Assembly: GCF_004010195.1 (NCBI RefSeq)
Contig: NC_057719.1
Location: 89,465,403-89,529,402 of the forward strand
Reading direction: 5' to 3'
Length of the DNA: 64,000 nt
Origin: Chiloscyllium plagiosum
Lineage: Eukaryota
A program made the position numbers and the translations under genes. The notes beneath the pieces were generated by a model. It was not told the DNA's origin. It saw nothing but the letters and a program-made list of their open reading frames with translations, and did not search any database. Shown here in pieces: positions 46,545-59,697 of the stretch (position 1 is the first letter of the stretch; every line of letters starts with the position of its first letter).

Positions 46545-49500
46545 TAAAGTACCTTGCTAGACTGCATGACGGCTCTGGAGCTGCAGTTGGACTCACTTTG
46601 AAGCATCTGCAATGCTGAGGAGGTTGTGGATAGCATGTTTAGTGAAGTGGTCACACTGCAGATTAGGATTGCTGAGAGAGAAAGGGAGTATTTGACCAAA
46701 AGGCAGAGAAAGAGTAGGGTGGCAGTGCAGGTGTCCCCTGCGATCATCTCTGTCCAAAATAGGTAAACCATTTTGGCCACTGTTGGAGGAGATGGCTCAC
46801 CAGGGGAGGGCAGTAGTAGCCAGGCACCGTTGCTGGCTTTGCTATACAGAAGGGCAGGAAAAAGAGAGGAAGGGCTGTCGTCATAAGGGATTCAATTGTA
46901 AGGGGAGTAGATGGGTGGTTCTGTGGTTGAGATTCCTGAATGGAATGCCTCCCAGGTGCACGAGTCAGGGATGTCTCGGATCGGCTGCAGGACGTTCTGA
47001 AGGGGGCAGGTGAACAGACAGCTGTCATGATACATAGAGGCACCAATGATACAGGAAAAAGAATGGGATGAGGTCCTACAAGCAGAATTTAGGGAGTTAG
47101 GAATCAAGTTAAAAAGTAGGACCTCCGAGGTAGTAATTTCATGATTGCTACCAGTGCCACGTGCTAGTCAGAGTAGAAGTGATTGAATATTCAGGATGAA
47201 TGCGTGGCTTGAGAGATGGTGCAGGAGGGAGGGGTTCAGATTTTTGAGACATTGGGTCTGGTTCTGGGGGAGGTGGGACTATTACAAATCGGATGGTCTA
47301 CACCTGGGCAGGACTGGAGCCAATGTCCTGGGAGTGCTTTTGCTAATGCTGTTGTGGAGGTTTAAACTAATGTAGCAGGGGATAGGAACCAAATGAGGAG
47401 GTTAATGGACAGGAAGGAGGTAGTAACTAAAGCCTGTAATGAAGTCAGTGTGACTAAGGGGGAGAGGAGGCAGGGAGCAGATGATGAACACGAAAGGACA
47501 GGTGGTCTGAGGTGCATTTGTTTTAATGCGAGAAATGTAGTAGGTTAGGCAGATGAACTTAGGGCTTGGATTAGTACCTGGGAGTATGATGTTATTGCTA
47601 TTACTTAGAGTTGGTTGAGGGAAGGGCATGATCGGCAACTAAATATCCCAGGATATGGATGCTTCAGGTGGGAGAGAGAGGGAGGAAGGGGGGTGGAGGA
47701 GTTGCATTACTGGTCAGAGAGGATATCACAGCAGTGCTGAAGGAGGGTATTATGGAGGACTTGAGCAGTGAGGTAGTATGGGCAGAGCTCAGAAATAGGA
47801 AGGGTGTGGTAACAATGTTGGGGCTGTATTACAAGCCTCCTGACAGTGAGCGTGAGATAGAGGTACAAATATGTAAACAGATTATGGAAAGATGTATGAG
47901 CAACAGGTGGTGGTGATACAAGATTTTAATTTTTCCAGCATTGACTGGGATTCACATCATGTTAGAAGTTGAGATGGAGCAGGATTTGTGAGGAGAATCC
48001 AGGAGGCTTTTATCAAGCAGTATGTAAATAGTCCAAGTCGGGAAAGGGCCATACTAGATCTGCTGTTGAGGAATGAGCCCGGCCAGGTGGTTGAAGTTTC
48101 AGTTGGTGATTACTTTGGGAATAGTGGTCACAATTCTGTACATTTTAGAATAGTCATGGACATAGACGGGAATGGTGCTAAGGGAAGAGTGCTAAATTGG
48201 GTATAGGCCAACCATAGCAAAATTCGGCAGGAGCTGTGGTTTGGGAGCAGCTGTTTGTGGGTAAGTCCACATTTGATATGTTGGGAGGCTTTTAAAGAGA
48301 GGTTAATCAGAGTGCAGGACAGACATGTCCATGTGACAATGTGGGATAGTAATGGCAGGATTAGGAAACCATGGATAACAGATGAAATTGTGAGACTAGC
48401 TAAGAGGAAAAAGGAAACATACATAATGTCTAGGCGACTGAAAACAGCTGAAGCTTTGGAAGAATATTGGGAAAGTAGGACCAGTCTGAAACGAGGAATT
48501 AAGAGGGCTAAAAGGGGTCATGAAGCATCTTAAGTAAACAGGATTAAGGAAAATCCCAAAGTCTTTTATTTGTATATAAGGAGCTAGAGGGTAATGAGAG
48601 AAAGGGTTGGCCCACTCAAAGACAAAGGAGGAAAGTTATGCGTGGAGTCAGAGAAAATGGTGAAATTCTTAATGAGTACTTTGCATTGAAATTCACTGAG
48701 GAGAGGGACATGATGGATGTTGAGGTTCGGGACAGATATTTGATTCCTCACGTCAAGTCAGCATAAGGAGGGAGGAAGTGTTGGGTGTTCTATAAGGCAT
48801 TAAGGTGGATAAGTCCCCAGGTCTAGATGTAATCTATCCCAGGTTAAGCGAGAGAGGAAATATCTGGGGCTTTAACAGATCTTTCTGGCATCCTTGAACA
48901 TGGGATGACCGGAGAGTTGTTAATGTTGTCGCCTTGTTTAAGAAGGGTAGCAAGGATAGTCCAGGTAAGTATAGATCAATGGGCCTGACGTCAGTGGTTG
49001 GGAAGCTGCTGGAGAAGATACTGTGGGATAGGATTTATTTACGTTTGGAAGAAAATGAGCTTATCAGTGATAGGCAGCATAGTTTTGTGCTGGGTCGATA
49101 ATGTCTTACCAACTTAATAGAATGCTTTGAGAAAGTGAAAAAGATGATTGATGAGGAAAGGGCTGTAGATGTCATATACATGGACTTCAGTAAGGTGTTT
49201 GATAAACATAGGCAAAAGTGAGGACTGCAGATGCTGGAGATTAGAGTTGACAGCAGGTCAGGCAGCATCCAAGGAGCAGAAGAATCGACGTTTCCGGTAA
49301 AAGCTCTTCAGGATGTTTGGTAAGGATCCCCACAGTAGACTGATGAAGACAGTGAAGTTGCATGGTGTCGCGGGTGTGCTGCTTAGCTGGATAGAGAACT
49401 GGTTGGGCAACAGAAGACAGTAGTAGTGGAAGGGAGTTCTCAGAATGGAGAACTGTGGTGTTCCACAGGGACCTGTGCTGGGATCACTTTGTGATGGACA

Positions 49501-50421
49501 TAAATGATCGGGAGGAAGTATAGGTGGTCTGATTAGCAAGTTTGTAGATGACACGAAGATTAAATTGCTGGAGTAGCAGACAGTGGAGGGGACTGTTAGA
49601 GAATGCAGCAGAATGTAGATTGATTGGAGCGTTGGATGGAGAAATGGCAAATGGAGTTCAATCTGGGCAAAAGTGAGGTGACGCATTTGGAAGATCCAAT
49701 TCTGGAGTGAACGATACGGTAAATGGAAAAGCCCTGGGCAAAATTGATGTACAGAGAGATCTGGGTGTTCGGGTCCATTGTTCTCTTAAGGTGGCAACAC
49801 AGGTCAATAGAGCGATCAAGAATGCATAAGGCATGCTTTTCTTCATCGGACGGGATATTGAGTACAAGAGTTGGCAGGTCGTGTTACAGTTGTATCGGAC
49901 TTTGGTTCGGCCACATTTGGGATATTGTGTACAGTTCTGGTCGCCACATTTCCAGAAGGATGTGGATGCTTTGGAGGTTCACCAGGATGTTGCCTGGTAT
50001 GGAGGGAACTGGCTATGAAGACAGGTTGAGTAGATTAGGATTATTTTCATTACAAAGACAGAGGTTGAGGGGGCACCTGATTGAGGTCTATACAATCATG
50101 AGAGTTGATAGCAAAAAGCATTTCACAGAATGGGGGAATCAGTTACTGGGGGTCACGAGTTCAAGGTAAGAAAGGCAAAGTTTAAGGGAGATATGCGTGG
50201 AAAGCTGTTTACACAGAGTGGTGGGTACTTGGACCACCTTGCCAGCGGAGATGGTAGAGGCCGGCACTTAAGATGTATCTGGACAGATATATGAATGGAC
50301 AGGGAGCAGAGGGATACAGATCCTTAGAAAACAGGCGATAGGTTCAGATCAAGGATCTGAATTGGCGCAGGCTTGGAGGGCCGAAGGGCCTGTTCCTGTG
50401 CTATAATTTTCCTTGTTCTTT
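46545..50421 (+). mobile_element. Near-complete decayed CR1-clade LINE (ORF1 esterase-like, ORF2 APE plus RT, 3' tail)
   Basis: ORF1 remnants (ELQLDSL, DSIVRG, PGARV). ORF2 LRCICFNARNV..DELRAWIST, GGGVALLV, VDVIYMDFSKVFDK, KFVDDTK, LYRTLVRPHL. Tail GGGCCGAAGGGCCTGTTCCTGTG. Many stops and frameshifts; PLE mini-element at about 49207-49312. Confidence 0.9.
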
Positions 50422-50720
50422 GAATGGCAGTACTTTGAAAGAGCAACAGTGGGATCTTAGGGTATTTGTGAAGAAATCCCCTGAGGCAGGTAAATAAGGT
50501 AGCTAAGAAGACGTATGGGATACAACTTTACCAGCTGAGGCATAAATAATAGGGACAGGAAGGTAATGTTGGAACTGCGTAGGACTTGGTTAGGGCTTAG
50601 CTAGAGTACTGTGTGCAGTTCTCCTGTCCACACCAGAGAAAGGATGTGATTTCACTGGAGGGATGCAGAGGCGGTTATCTGCGATAGGGCAGTTCAGCTA
50701 TGGGAGGCTGGATTAACGTG

Positions 50721-50920
50721 ATTCGATGACGCCGGTGTTGGACTGGGGTGTACAAAGTTAAAAATCACACAACACCAAGTTATAGTCCAACAGGTTTATT
50801 TGGAAACACTATCTTTCGGAGCACTGCTGCTTCACCTGATGAAGGAGCGTCGCTCCGAAAGCTAGTGCTTCCAAATAAACCTGTTGGACCATAACCTGGT
50901 GTTGTGTGATTTTTAACTTT
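50721..50920. mobile_element. Palindromic PLE-tail mini-element (second family) with intact hammerhead
   Basis: TSD GGATTAACGTG (50710-50720) / GGATTAACATG (50921-50931). About 80-bp inverted arms AAAGTTAAAAATCACACAACACC../..GGTGTTGTGTGATTTTTAACTTT. Confidence 0.85.
50833..50867 (+). ncRNA. Minimal type I hammerhead ribozyme motif, second family, intact
   Basis: CAC-CTGATGA-A-GGAGC(GTC)GCTCC-GAAA-GCTA-GTG. Stem I CAC/GTG, palindromic AGCU, predicted cleavage after CUA at 50864. Confidence 0.82.
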
Positions 50921-51289
50921 GGATTAACATGTCTTTTTTAGAGCAGAAAAGGTTGAGGAGTGACTGGATGAAGGTGTGTAAGATTGTGAAGAACAGAGTG
51001 AGTAGAAAGCAGCTGCTTCTCTGAGGTGAAGGATCAAAAGCAAAGTTGCACGATTTTACATTGGAAGGCAGATTTAGAGGGTATTTGAGGAAAACTTCCT
51101 TTTCACTCAGAGGATGGTGGGGTCTGGAATGTTTGACCTGAGAGGATAGTTGAGGCAGGTAACCTCACAAACTTTAAAAGCCACTTGGATGAGCATTTGA
51201 TAATATTAAAGGCTACAGCCCTGGTGTTGGAAAGTGGGACGAGTGTAGATTTAGTGTAGCTTTGGCAATACAGACATGATGAGCTGAAG

Positions 51290-52088
51290 GGTGGCAGATG
51301 GAGTTTAATTTTAATAAATGTGAGGTGCTGCATTTTAGAAAAGCAAAACAGGTCTGCACTTAGAAACTTAATGTTAAGGTGTTGGGGAGTGTTGCTGAAC
51401 AAAGAGACCTTGTACTGTAAGTTCATAGCTCCTTGAAAGTGGAGTTGCAGGGAGATAGGATAATGAAGAAGGCATTTGGTATTGCCTTTGTTGGTCAGCA
51501 TATTGAGTTCAGGAGTTGGGAGGTCATGTCGCTGTACAGGACGTTGATAAGGTCACTTTTGGAATGTTGCATGCAATTTGCATCTCCTTGCGATAGGAAG
51601 GGTGTTGTGAAACTTGGAAGGGTTCAGAAAAATTTACAAGTATGTTCTCAGGGTTGCAGGGTTTGAGATATCAGAAGAGGCTGAATAGGCTTGGGCTGTT
51701 TTCCCTGGAATATCAGAGGCTGAGGGATGACCTTTGTAAATCCATGAGGGTATGGATAGTGTGAATAGACAAAGTCTTTTCTCCACTGCGGCGAGTCCAA
51801 AATTAGAGTACATGGGTTTAAAGTGAGAGGGGAAAGATTTAAAAGGAACCAAAGGGGCAACTTCTCACACAGAGGGTCGTGTGTGTATCGAATGAGCTAC
51901 CAAAGGAAGTTGTGGAGGCTGGCACAATTACAACATTTAAAAGGCATCTGAATGGGTATAAGATTAGGAAGAGTTTAGAGGAATATGGGTTAAATGCTGC
52001 CAAATGGGACTGGATTTATTGAGGATATCTAAATGGACGAATTGGAGCGAAGTGTCTGCTTCTGTGCTGTACAGCTCTATTACTCTTT
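51290..52088 (+). mobile_element. CR1 LINE 3' end
   Basis: WQMEFNFNKCEVLHF, LYRTLIRSLLECC; tail CTGTGCTGTACAGCTCTAT. Confidence 0.85.
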
Positions 52089-53101
52089 GTATGATTCTGA
52101 ATGCAAAAGACCATCTTAACTTCAACAAGTCTGCTGAAGTTATGACCAAAGTGAAAGGCTTTAAGTATTTTTATTGAAGGTGAGAAGGGGGTCAGGGCCG
52201 AGGAGAGAATTGTCGAGGAAGGGGGAAGTTTAGTTTCACTGTGTTTCGTTTCACAAAGCTTTTGCTTCTAAATTGATGTGCATCTTGATTTTCTGTTGAT
52301 TCCTTTTCTGAATTATTACAGAACCTACCTTTTCAGAGAGGCTCTGCTGATGCCAGCCAAAGAGTGGTTCATTGGCGTTAGTCACCCATGTTCTTAACTA
52401 GTTAGGAGTTGATAGAAATTTTGGAATTTGAATTTTATAATGGTCAGTTTTGGAGAAACATCCAGGATCATGAAGGTAATCATTCCCAAACTCAACAGTG
52501 GATGGGATCTATAAGCAGCTGCATGTATCTCCTGGCCTGAAACAATCACCTCTCCGAAAGGTTGACATTAAAATCAGGTTGCATCTTTAAAAAATGTTCT
52601 GCTGAATATAAATTTATCCCCAACTTAGGCTGACGTTCCCTATTTCGGCACATCACGTAGCTCATGAGTGATTGTTTGTGAACTCTCTAATGTCAATGTG
52701 CAGAGATATGAATGAAAATCTTTTTGAAGTTGAAAGCATTACTAACTTTTTTTTCGAAAGCTCTTAAACATTGGTGCAATTGAATAACATTTAGTCAGTG
52801 TTGTAGCTGGTTTTAAAAAATAAATTTTGCATCTTGCATTAAGTTTCATCAGTAATAAACAAGATTGATATTAAAATATATTGTCATGTATGAGCACAAA
52901 ATCAAATCTTATTTGCTATTCATAACATTCTTAGTTACGATTTGAGGTTTAGGGCTTTGCCATTTTATTTATGCATTTATTTTCCATCTTTGTGAACAGT
53001 GTTTAGTGAATTCACCTCTGCAAGTTTGAATAATTACAAGGTTTGAGTGCAAAGTATTAAAATCTTGCACATCAAAATTAGTGTCCTGTATTACAACCAG
53101 G

Positions 53102-53390
53102 TGGGCGGCAGGGACTGTGTCTCAGCGTCAGGGACCCGGGTTTGATTCCTGCCTCGAGTGACTGTGTGGAATTTGCACATTCTTCCTGTGTCTGCGTGGG
53201 TTTCCTCCCCAATCCAAAGATGTGCAGGTTGGGTGAATTGACCATGCTAAATTGCCCATAGCATTAGGTGCATTAGCCAGGGGTAAATATAGGGTAGGGG
53301 AATAGGTCTGGGTGGGTTACTCTTCGGAGGGTCGGTGTGGACTTGTTGGGCCAAATGGCCTGTTTCCGTACTATAGGGAATGTAATGAAA
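53102..53390 (+). mobile_element. HE1-type SINE
   Basis: Core and tail clear; head partly deleted. Confidence 0.8.
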
Positions 53391-54205
53391 ATCTAAAAGC
53401 ATATGTTCAATTAATGAAATGAAAGCAATGTTTCAATCTCTGATGAACTGTGCAATGGTATATACACCATGAAGCCTGAGTGTGAGGTAAGCTGATTCCA
53501 TGAATTTTGACAATGACATCATGCTTTTTTTCTAACCCACAGGTCAGTAATATTTTGTTATGAACATGCTGACAATAACCATTGCTTAGTAGAAAGTTCA
53601 TCTGCTTATAATTAATAAATAATGACAGACTAACTGATACGATTTTGTTTTTCTCCTTGTGTTAATTTTTAAGGTTTAATACATCCATTAGACTTTTAAC
53701 ATTGTAGATTAAGTAAGTTTATCATTCACAATGGGGATGAAGCTGGTGTCTGTTCTTTCGATGCACTTAATTCATGTTCCAAGGCTTAGTGCGGTGTTTT
53801 TTCTTAGACTGTCATTCAAATGGCTGTTTTGAGGCCATTAAGCTAAATAAAAGTAATGTTTTTGCTATTCAGGATTCACAATTTCAAAGGGTGAAACGGC
53901 CTTTTTGTTTTGTTGATGAGAATTGGCAGTGAGTATTAGGCAAGAAATGTTTCAACTAGAAAGCTAGATATTTTCTGGAAGCTTGACAGGATTTTTTTTC
54001 CCTCCCCATGGGAAATGCTGAAGCCATTTGTGGCAGGGTGACAAAGTTCTGATTGAGACTAGTTACTCCAGCAGAGAATGAGAATTGAATTTCAAGCTAC
54101 ACCTGAATATCCTGGAATCCAGCAGTGACTCTTAGTTTTATGTACAACAAAGAAGCCACCGTTTTTAACACCACTCCCTGTTCCCTTGACTGTTCATCTT
54201 AACAT

Positions 54206-54389
54206 GATTTGGAGATGCTGGTGTTGGATTTGGGTGTACAAAGTTAAAAATCACACAACACCAGGTTATAGTCCAACAGGTTTAATTGGAAGCACACTAG
54301 CTTTCGGAGCAACGTGATGAAGGAACGTCGCTCCGAAAGCTAGTGTGCTTCCAATTAAACCTGTTGGACTATAACCTGGTGTTGTGATT
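54206..54389. mobile_element. Palindromic PLE-tail mini-element (second family)
   Basis: 13-bp TSD TTCATCTTAACAT at 54193-54205 and 54390-54402; near-perfect inverted arms meeting within the hammerhead. Confidence 0.85.
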
Positions 54390-56451
54390 TTCATCTTAAC
54401 ATTACATTTAAAAAAAAATCATGGGATGAGAGCATCACTGGCTAGGCTAACATTTATTGCTCATTCCTAATTGCCCAGAGGGCTGTTAAGAGTCAATCAC
54501 TTGCTGTAGCTCTGGAGTCACGTGTAGGCCAGATGGCATTAAAGAAATGAGCTCAGGAACTCTTTGATATTAAGATTGAGGCTGTGTGATCGGCTGCTTC
54601 AGTCACTTTGCTCCTTTTCCCTTATACTACCAGATTCTCCCTTGGCTTCGTCTTGAGCTCTCATTTATTTCCAGTTCACTTTTATTTTTTCATAACCCAA
54701 CTCTGAATTTCAAGTCCTTAAACCTCACATTCTACTTCCTCAGCATGATTCCTACTAAACTGCTAATCACCAGCTTCTCCTGGCATTCATGTTCACTGAT
54801 CACATAAATGCTGTCCTTCAGTTGCGTTGTCCTTTCCTTTAAAATTGCTGTTATCACTCTTCTCTTCAAAGCAAAACTCCTTTGATTCAGCCACCCTTGA
54901 AAATTAACACCCCCTTTCCAAACTCACTTCCTTTTCCAAATTATTAAACATGTTTTTTGCCTCCCAATTCTGTACCTGTCTTTTCCTGAATTCCACATTG
55001 CAATCTCCAGTCAGGTTTTTGCCCCTATTTAGTTACCAAAACTGATCTTGTGTAAGTCACAAATGTTAGCCTGTTTGTGACAAAAGTAAATTATCCATTT
55101 TTGTCCTTGTTAAAGGCTACATGTTGGCCACAATTTCACAGTCATTGTTTGCTGGGGGGAGTGGGAAGACATTTTTTTTTGCTGATTCATTTGTAGGATG
55201 TGATCAGTACTCATTATAATTTGTGTTTTGGTGCACGGACATGAAGTTTGCATGGCATTGACTTCCAAAATCAGAAATTAATGGTCCTCATGTCAAACTT
55301 CAGAGGACCCTCTGAAGGTTCATTTAGCCACGCAGTTTGGATGAAAAGATTGGACGTAGGTGTCATTTGTTACGTAAGCATGTATTGTCCAGTCCTAACT
55401 TTCTTGAGACTTTAGACTGCTGTAGTCCATGTGGAATAGGGATAGCTATAATGCTATTAGGAAGAGAGTTCCAGCATTTTGATTCAGCAGCAGTGAAGGA
55501 ACAGTGATGCAGTTCCAAGTCCGGATGGTGTGTGCGTCTTGCAGGCGATAGTGTTTCCGTATGTTGTCTTCTTGGTGGTATGTTGTCTTCTTGTGGGGTT
55601 GGAAGATACCGTTGAAGGGGCTGTTGAGTTGCTGCAGTATATCTTGTGGATGGGGCACTGTGCTGCCACTATGTTGGCAATGGGGCAAGTGAATTTAGAA
55701 GATATGGTTTCAGTCAAGTAGGCTGCTTTGCCTTGGATGTCGTCAAGTTTTCTTGTTTGGCTGGAGCTGCATTTATCTAAACAAATGATGAATGTTCCAT
55801 TATAGACCTGACTTATGCCATGCAAATGGGAAGTTTGGAAGTGAGTTACTTGCCATGAAAGTTCTAACCTCTCAATTGCTGTTATAGCTCAATGATCCAC
55901 ATAGCTGGATCCAGTTCAGTTTCTTGGCTGTAGTAACCCCAGGATGTTGATACGTTGTATGAGTATATGATACCAGCCACAGCCAATATCTGATTGGGGA
56001 TTGTTATGGATCAGGCTGGATCCCCTCAAAATACTTTAAGAAGGTAGCCAAACCCTAACTTTTTTCTTATTTTAAAGGCAGATATGAAGTGGATATTCCA
56101 GGTGCGTTGCACTGGTCAAACCATTCAGCTTTAAGCAAAACAGAATTTATTTAAACACTACAGATAAAACAGGAACAAAAGAAAATGGAATTTAGAATAA
56201 CTCATAGGACATAGAACATTACAGAGTAGAACATGCCCTTCGGCCCTCGATGTTGCGCCGACCTGTGGAACCAATCTATCCTACACGATTCCATTTTCAT
56301 CCATATGTTTATCCAATGACCATTTAAATGCCCTTAAAGTTGGTGTGTCTACTGCTGGTGCAAGCAATGTGTTTCACGCTCCTACTACTCTCCAAGTAAA
56401 GAACTTAACTATCGGAAAACCTAACTGACCCGATATAGCAACTTAACTAAG

Positions 56452-59325
56452 GTACAGCATGCAGAGAGTGTATGAGGATGGATAAACAGTTGATAGGGCA
56501 AAGTTACAATCAATGTGATGGGTTGAAGTGTGTCTATGTTAATGCAAGAAGTATCAGGAATAAGGATGATGAACTTAGAGCATAGATAAGTACTTGGAGC
56601 TGCGATGTTGTGGCCATTATGGAGACTTGGATATTACTGGGGCAAGAATGGTTGTTGGATGTTCTAGGGTTTAGATGTTTCAAAAGAAGAGAGGGAGGGG
56701 TAAAAGACATGGGGGAATGGTATTGCTCATCAGGGATAGTATCACAGCTGTAGAAAGGGAGGTTGTCAAGGCGGGTTTGTCTACTGAGTTAGTATGGGTG
56801 GAAGTCAGAAACAGGAAAGGTGCAGCCACTTTATTGGGAGTTTTCTATAGAACTCCCAATAGCAACAGAAACCCGGAGGACCAAATTGAGAGGAAGATTT
56901 TGGAAAGGTGCAGAAGTAACAGGGTTGTTGTCATGTGTGACTTTAACTTTCCTAATATTGGTTGGAAACTCCTCTAAGTTCAAATAGTTTGGATGGAACA
57001 ATTTTTGAATGTCCAGGAAGAATTCCAACTGGGGGGGAGGCAGTATTGGATATGGTGTTTGGCAACAAATCAGGCCAGGTGTCAGATCTCTTGGTGGGAG
57101 AGCATTTCAGCAATAGTGACCACAACGCCCTGATCTTTACTATAGTCATGGAGAGGGATTGGAGCAGCTGGTATAGGAAAGTATTTAATTGTGGGAGGGT
57201 GATTTACAATGCTATTAGGCAGGAACTAGGGTGCCTAAATTGGGAACAGCTGTTCTCAACAAAATATACGACAAAAATGTGGAGGTTGTTTCGGGAGCAC
57301 TTGCTGATAGCGCTGGATAGGTTTGTCCCACTGAGGCAAGGAAGGGATGGTAGGGTGAAGGAACCTTGGGTGACAAGCAATGTGGAACATCTACTCAAGA
57401 GGAGAAGGAAGCTGACTTGAGTTTTAGGAGGCAAGGATCTGACAGGACTCTAGAGGGTTACAAGGTGGCCAGGAAGGAACTGAAGAATAGACTTAGGAGA
57501 GCTAGAAGGGGGCATGAAAATGCTTTAGTGGGTAGGATTAAGGAAAACCCTAAGGCATTCTACACTTGGAGGAACAAGAGGATGACAGAGTGAGGGTAGG
57601 GCCGATCAGGGACAGTGGAGGGAACGTGTGCCTGGATTCGGAAGGTATAGGGGAGGTCCTTAATGTATACTTTGCTTCAGTATTCACTACTGAGAGGGAC
57701 CTTAACATTTTTGAGGACAGCGTGAAATAGGCTGAAATGCTGGAACATGTTGATGTTAAGAAGAAGGATGTGCTTGAAGTTTTGAAAACATAAGATTAAT
57801 CAAGTCCGCTGGACCAGATGGGATATAACCAAGGTTACTACAGTAAGTGAAAGAAGAGACTGCTGCACCTTTGGTGATGATCTTTGCTTCCTCACTATCT
57901 ACTGGAATAGTGCCAGATGATTGGAGGGTTACAAATATTATTCCTTTGTTTAAGAAAGGGAATAAAGATAATCCCTGGAATTAGAGATCAGTCAGGCTTA
58001 CATCTGTGGTGGGCAGGTTATTGGAGAGGATTCAGAGAGACAGAATTTATGATTACTTGGAAAAGCATTGTTTGCTTGGAGGTATTCAGTAACAACTTTG
58101 AGAGGGGAAGTCGTGCCTCACGAGCCTTATTGAATTATTTCAGATGTGACAAAAGACATTGAAGGTAGAGCAGTGGATGTGGTGTACATGGACTTTAGCA
58201 AGGCTTTTGATAAGGTTCCCCATGGTAAGCTTATTCAGAAGGTAAGGAGTTATGAGATACAGGGAAATGTGCCTGTCTGGACACAGAATTGGTTCACCCA
58301 TAGATGACCAAGGGTGGTAATAGATGGAAAGTATTTTGCCTGGAGCTGGGTGATGAGTGATGTTCCACAGGGATCTGTTCTGGGACCTCTTTGTGATTTC
58401 TATTAATGGATTGGATGAGGAAGCGGCAGGGTGTGCTAGTAGGTTTGCCGATAACACAAAGGTTGGTGGAGTGGTGAATAGTTGTTGGTTGCAAAGAGAC
58501 ATTGACAGGATGCAGAACTGGGTTGATAAGTGGCAGATGGAGTTCAATCTGGATAAATGTGAGGTGATTCATTTTAGAATGTTGACTTTGAATGCATAAT
58601 ACAGGGTTAAAGGCAGGATTTTGCCAGTGTAGAGGAACAGAGGGATCATGGGCTCCATGATCCTGCAAAGTTGCCACCCAAGGTGATAGGGTTGTTACGA
58701 AGGCATATAGTGCGTTGGCTTTCATTAGCAGGGGGATTGAGTTTAAGAATCGTGAGGTTATGCTTCAGCTGTATAAAGGCATGGTTAGACCACACTTGGA
58801 ATATTGTGTTCAGTTCTGGTCGCCTCATTAAAGGAAGGATATGGAAGCTTTAGAGAGGGTGCAGAGGAGATTTACCAAGATGCTGCCTGAACTGGAGGGC
58901 AGACTGGACTGAAGAAAGGATGAGGGAGCTACGGCTTCTCTCATTGGAGTGAAGAAGCATGAGAGGCGAATTGACAGAGATGTACAAGATGGTGAGGCAT
59001 TGATAGAATGAATAGTCAGAGACTTTTTCCCAGGGCAGAAATGGTCATCACGAGGGGGCATCATTTTAAGCTGATTGGAGGACGGTTTAGGGGAGATTTC
59101 AGAGGTCGGTTCTTTACACAGTGTGTGGTGGGTGTGTAGAATGCACTGCCAGCGGTAGCAGAGTCAGATACATTAGGGACATTTAAGCGACCCTAGGATA
59201 GGCGCATGGATGATAGTAAAATGAAAAGTCTGTAAATTAGTTTGATCATAGAATAGGATAAAAAGTCAGCGAAACGTCAAGAGCCAAAATGCCTGTATTG
59301 TCTACACTGTTCTATGTTCTATTTT
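56452..59325 (+). mobile_element. CR1 LINE ORF2 (APE plus RT) to 3' tail, decayed
   Basis: LKCVYVNARSIRNK, VVVMCDFNFPNI, HFSNSDHN, VYMDFSKAFDKVPH, RFADNTKVGG; tail TTCTATGTTCTA. Confidence 0.9.
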
Positions 59326-59488
59326 GTGTGAACTGTTCCAATTCAGTAGCATCCCATAAACACACTCTTTGACAAAAAGGTAAACTGAAACACAGATTCT
59401 TACAGGCAGAAGGGAACAACATCTAAAGAGACTTCAAAGAGCAAATCAGTCAGGAATCATCTGAAGTTTACAACTTTTCCTGGACTGC

Positions 59489-59697
59489 AGCATCTAGTGA
59501 CTGCTACAGCTAAACCAAACTAGAAAAAAAACCTGAACTGGGACAACTGACCACTCCCTTGCCATTGTTAAACTAGAGGAGGAAGTGAGGTCTGCAGATG
59601 CTGGAGTGAGCATCTAGTGACTGCTACAGCTAAACCAAACTAGAAAAAAAACCTGAACTGGGACAACTGACCACTCCCTTGCCATTGTTAAACTAGA
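59489..59697. repeat. Exact 89-bp direct duplication (59489-59577 and 59609-59697) around a 31-bp PLE tail tip
   Basis: The two copies are letter-identical; the spacer GGAGGAAGTGAGGTCTGCAGATGCTGGAGTG is a reverse-complement PLE terminus. Confidence 0.9.

Noticed and set aside
46545..50421. Intact, active LINE
   Set aside because: Numerous stops, frameshifts and a nested insertion; no intact ORF1 or ORF2 anywhere in the window.
50721..50920. DNA-transposon MITE or miRNA hairpin
   Set aside because: Arms are unequal, TSD length varies between copies, and the same sequence occurs unpaired as a PLE 3' tail at 7860-7945; retroelement inversion explains it better.
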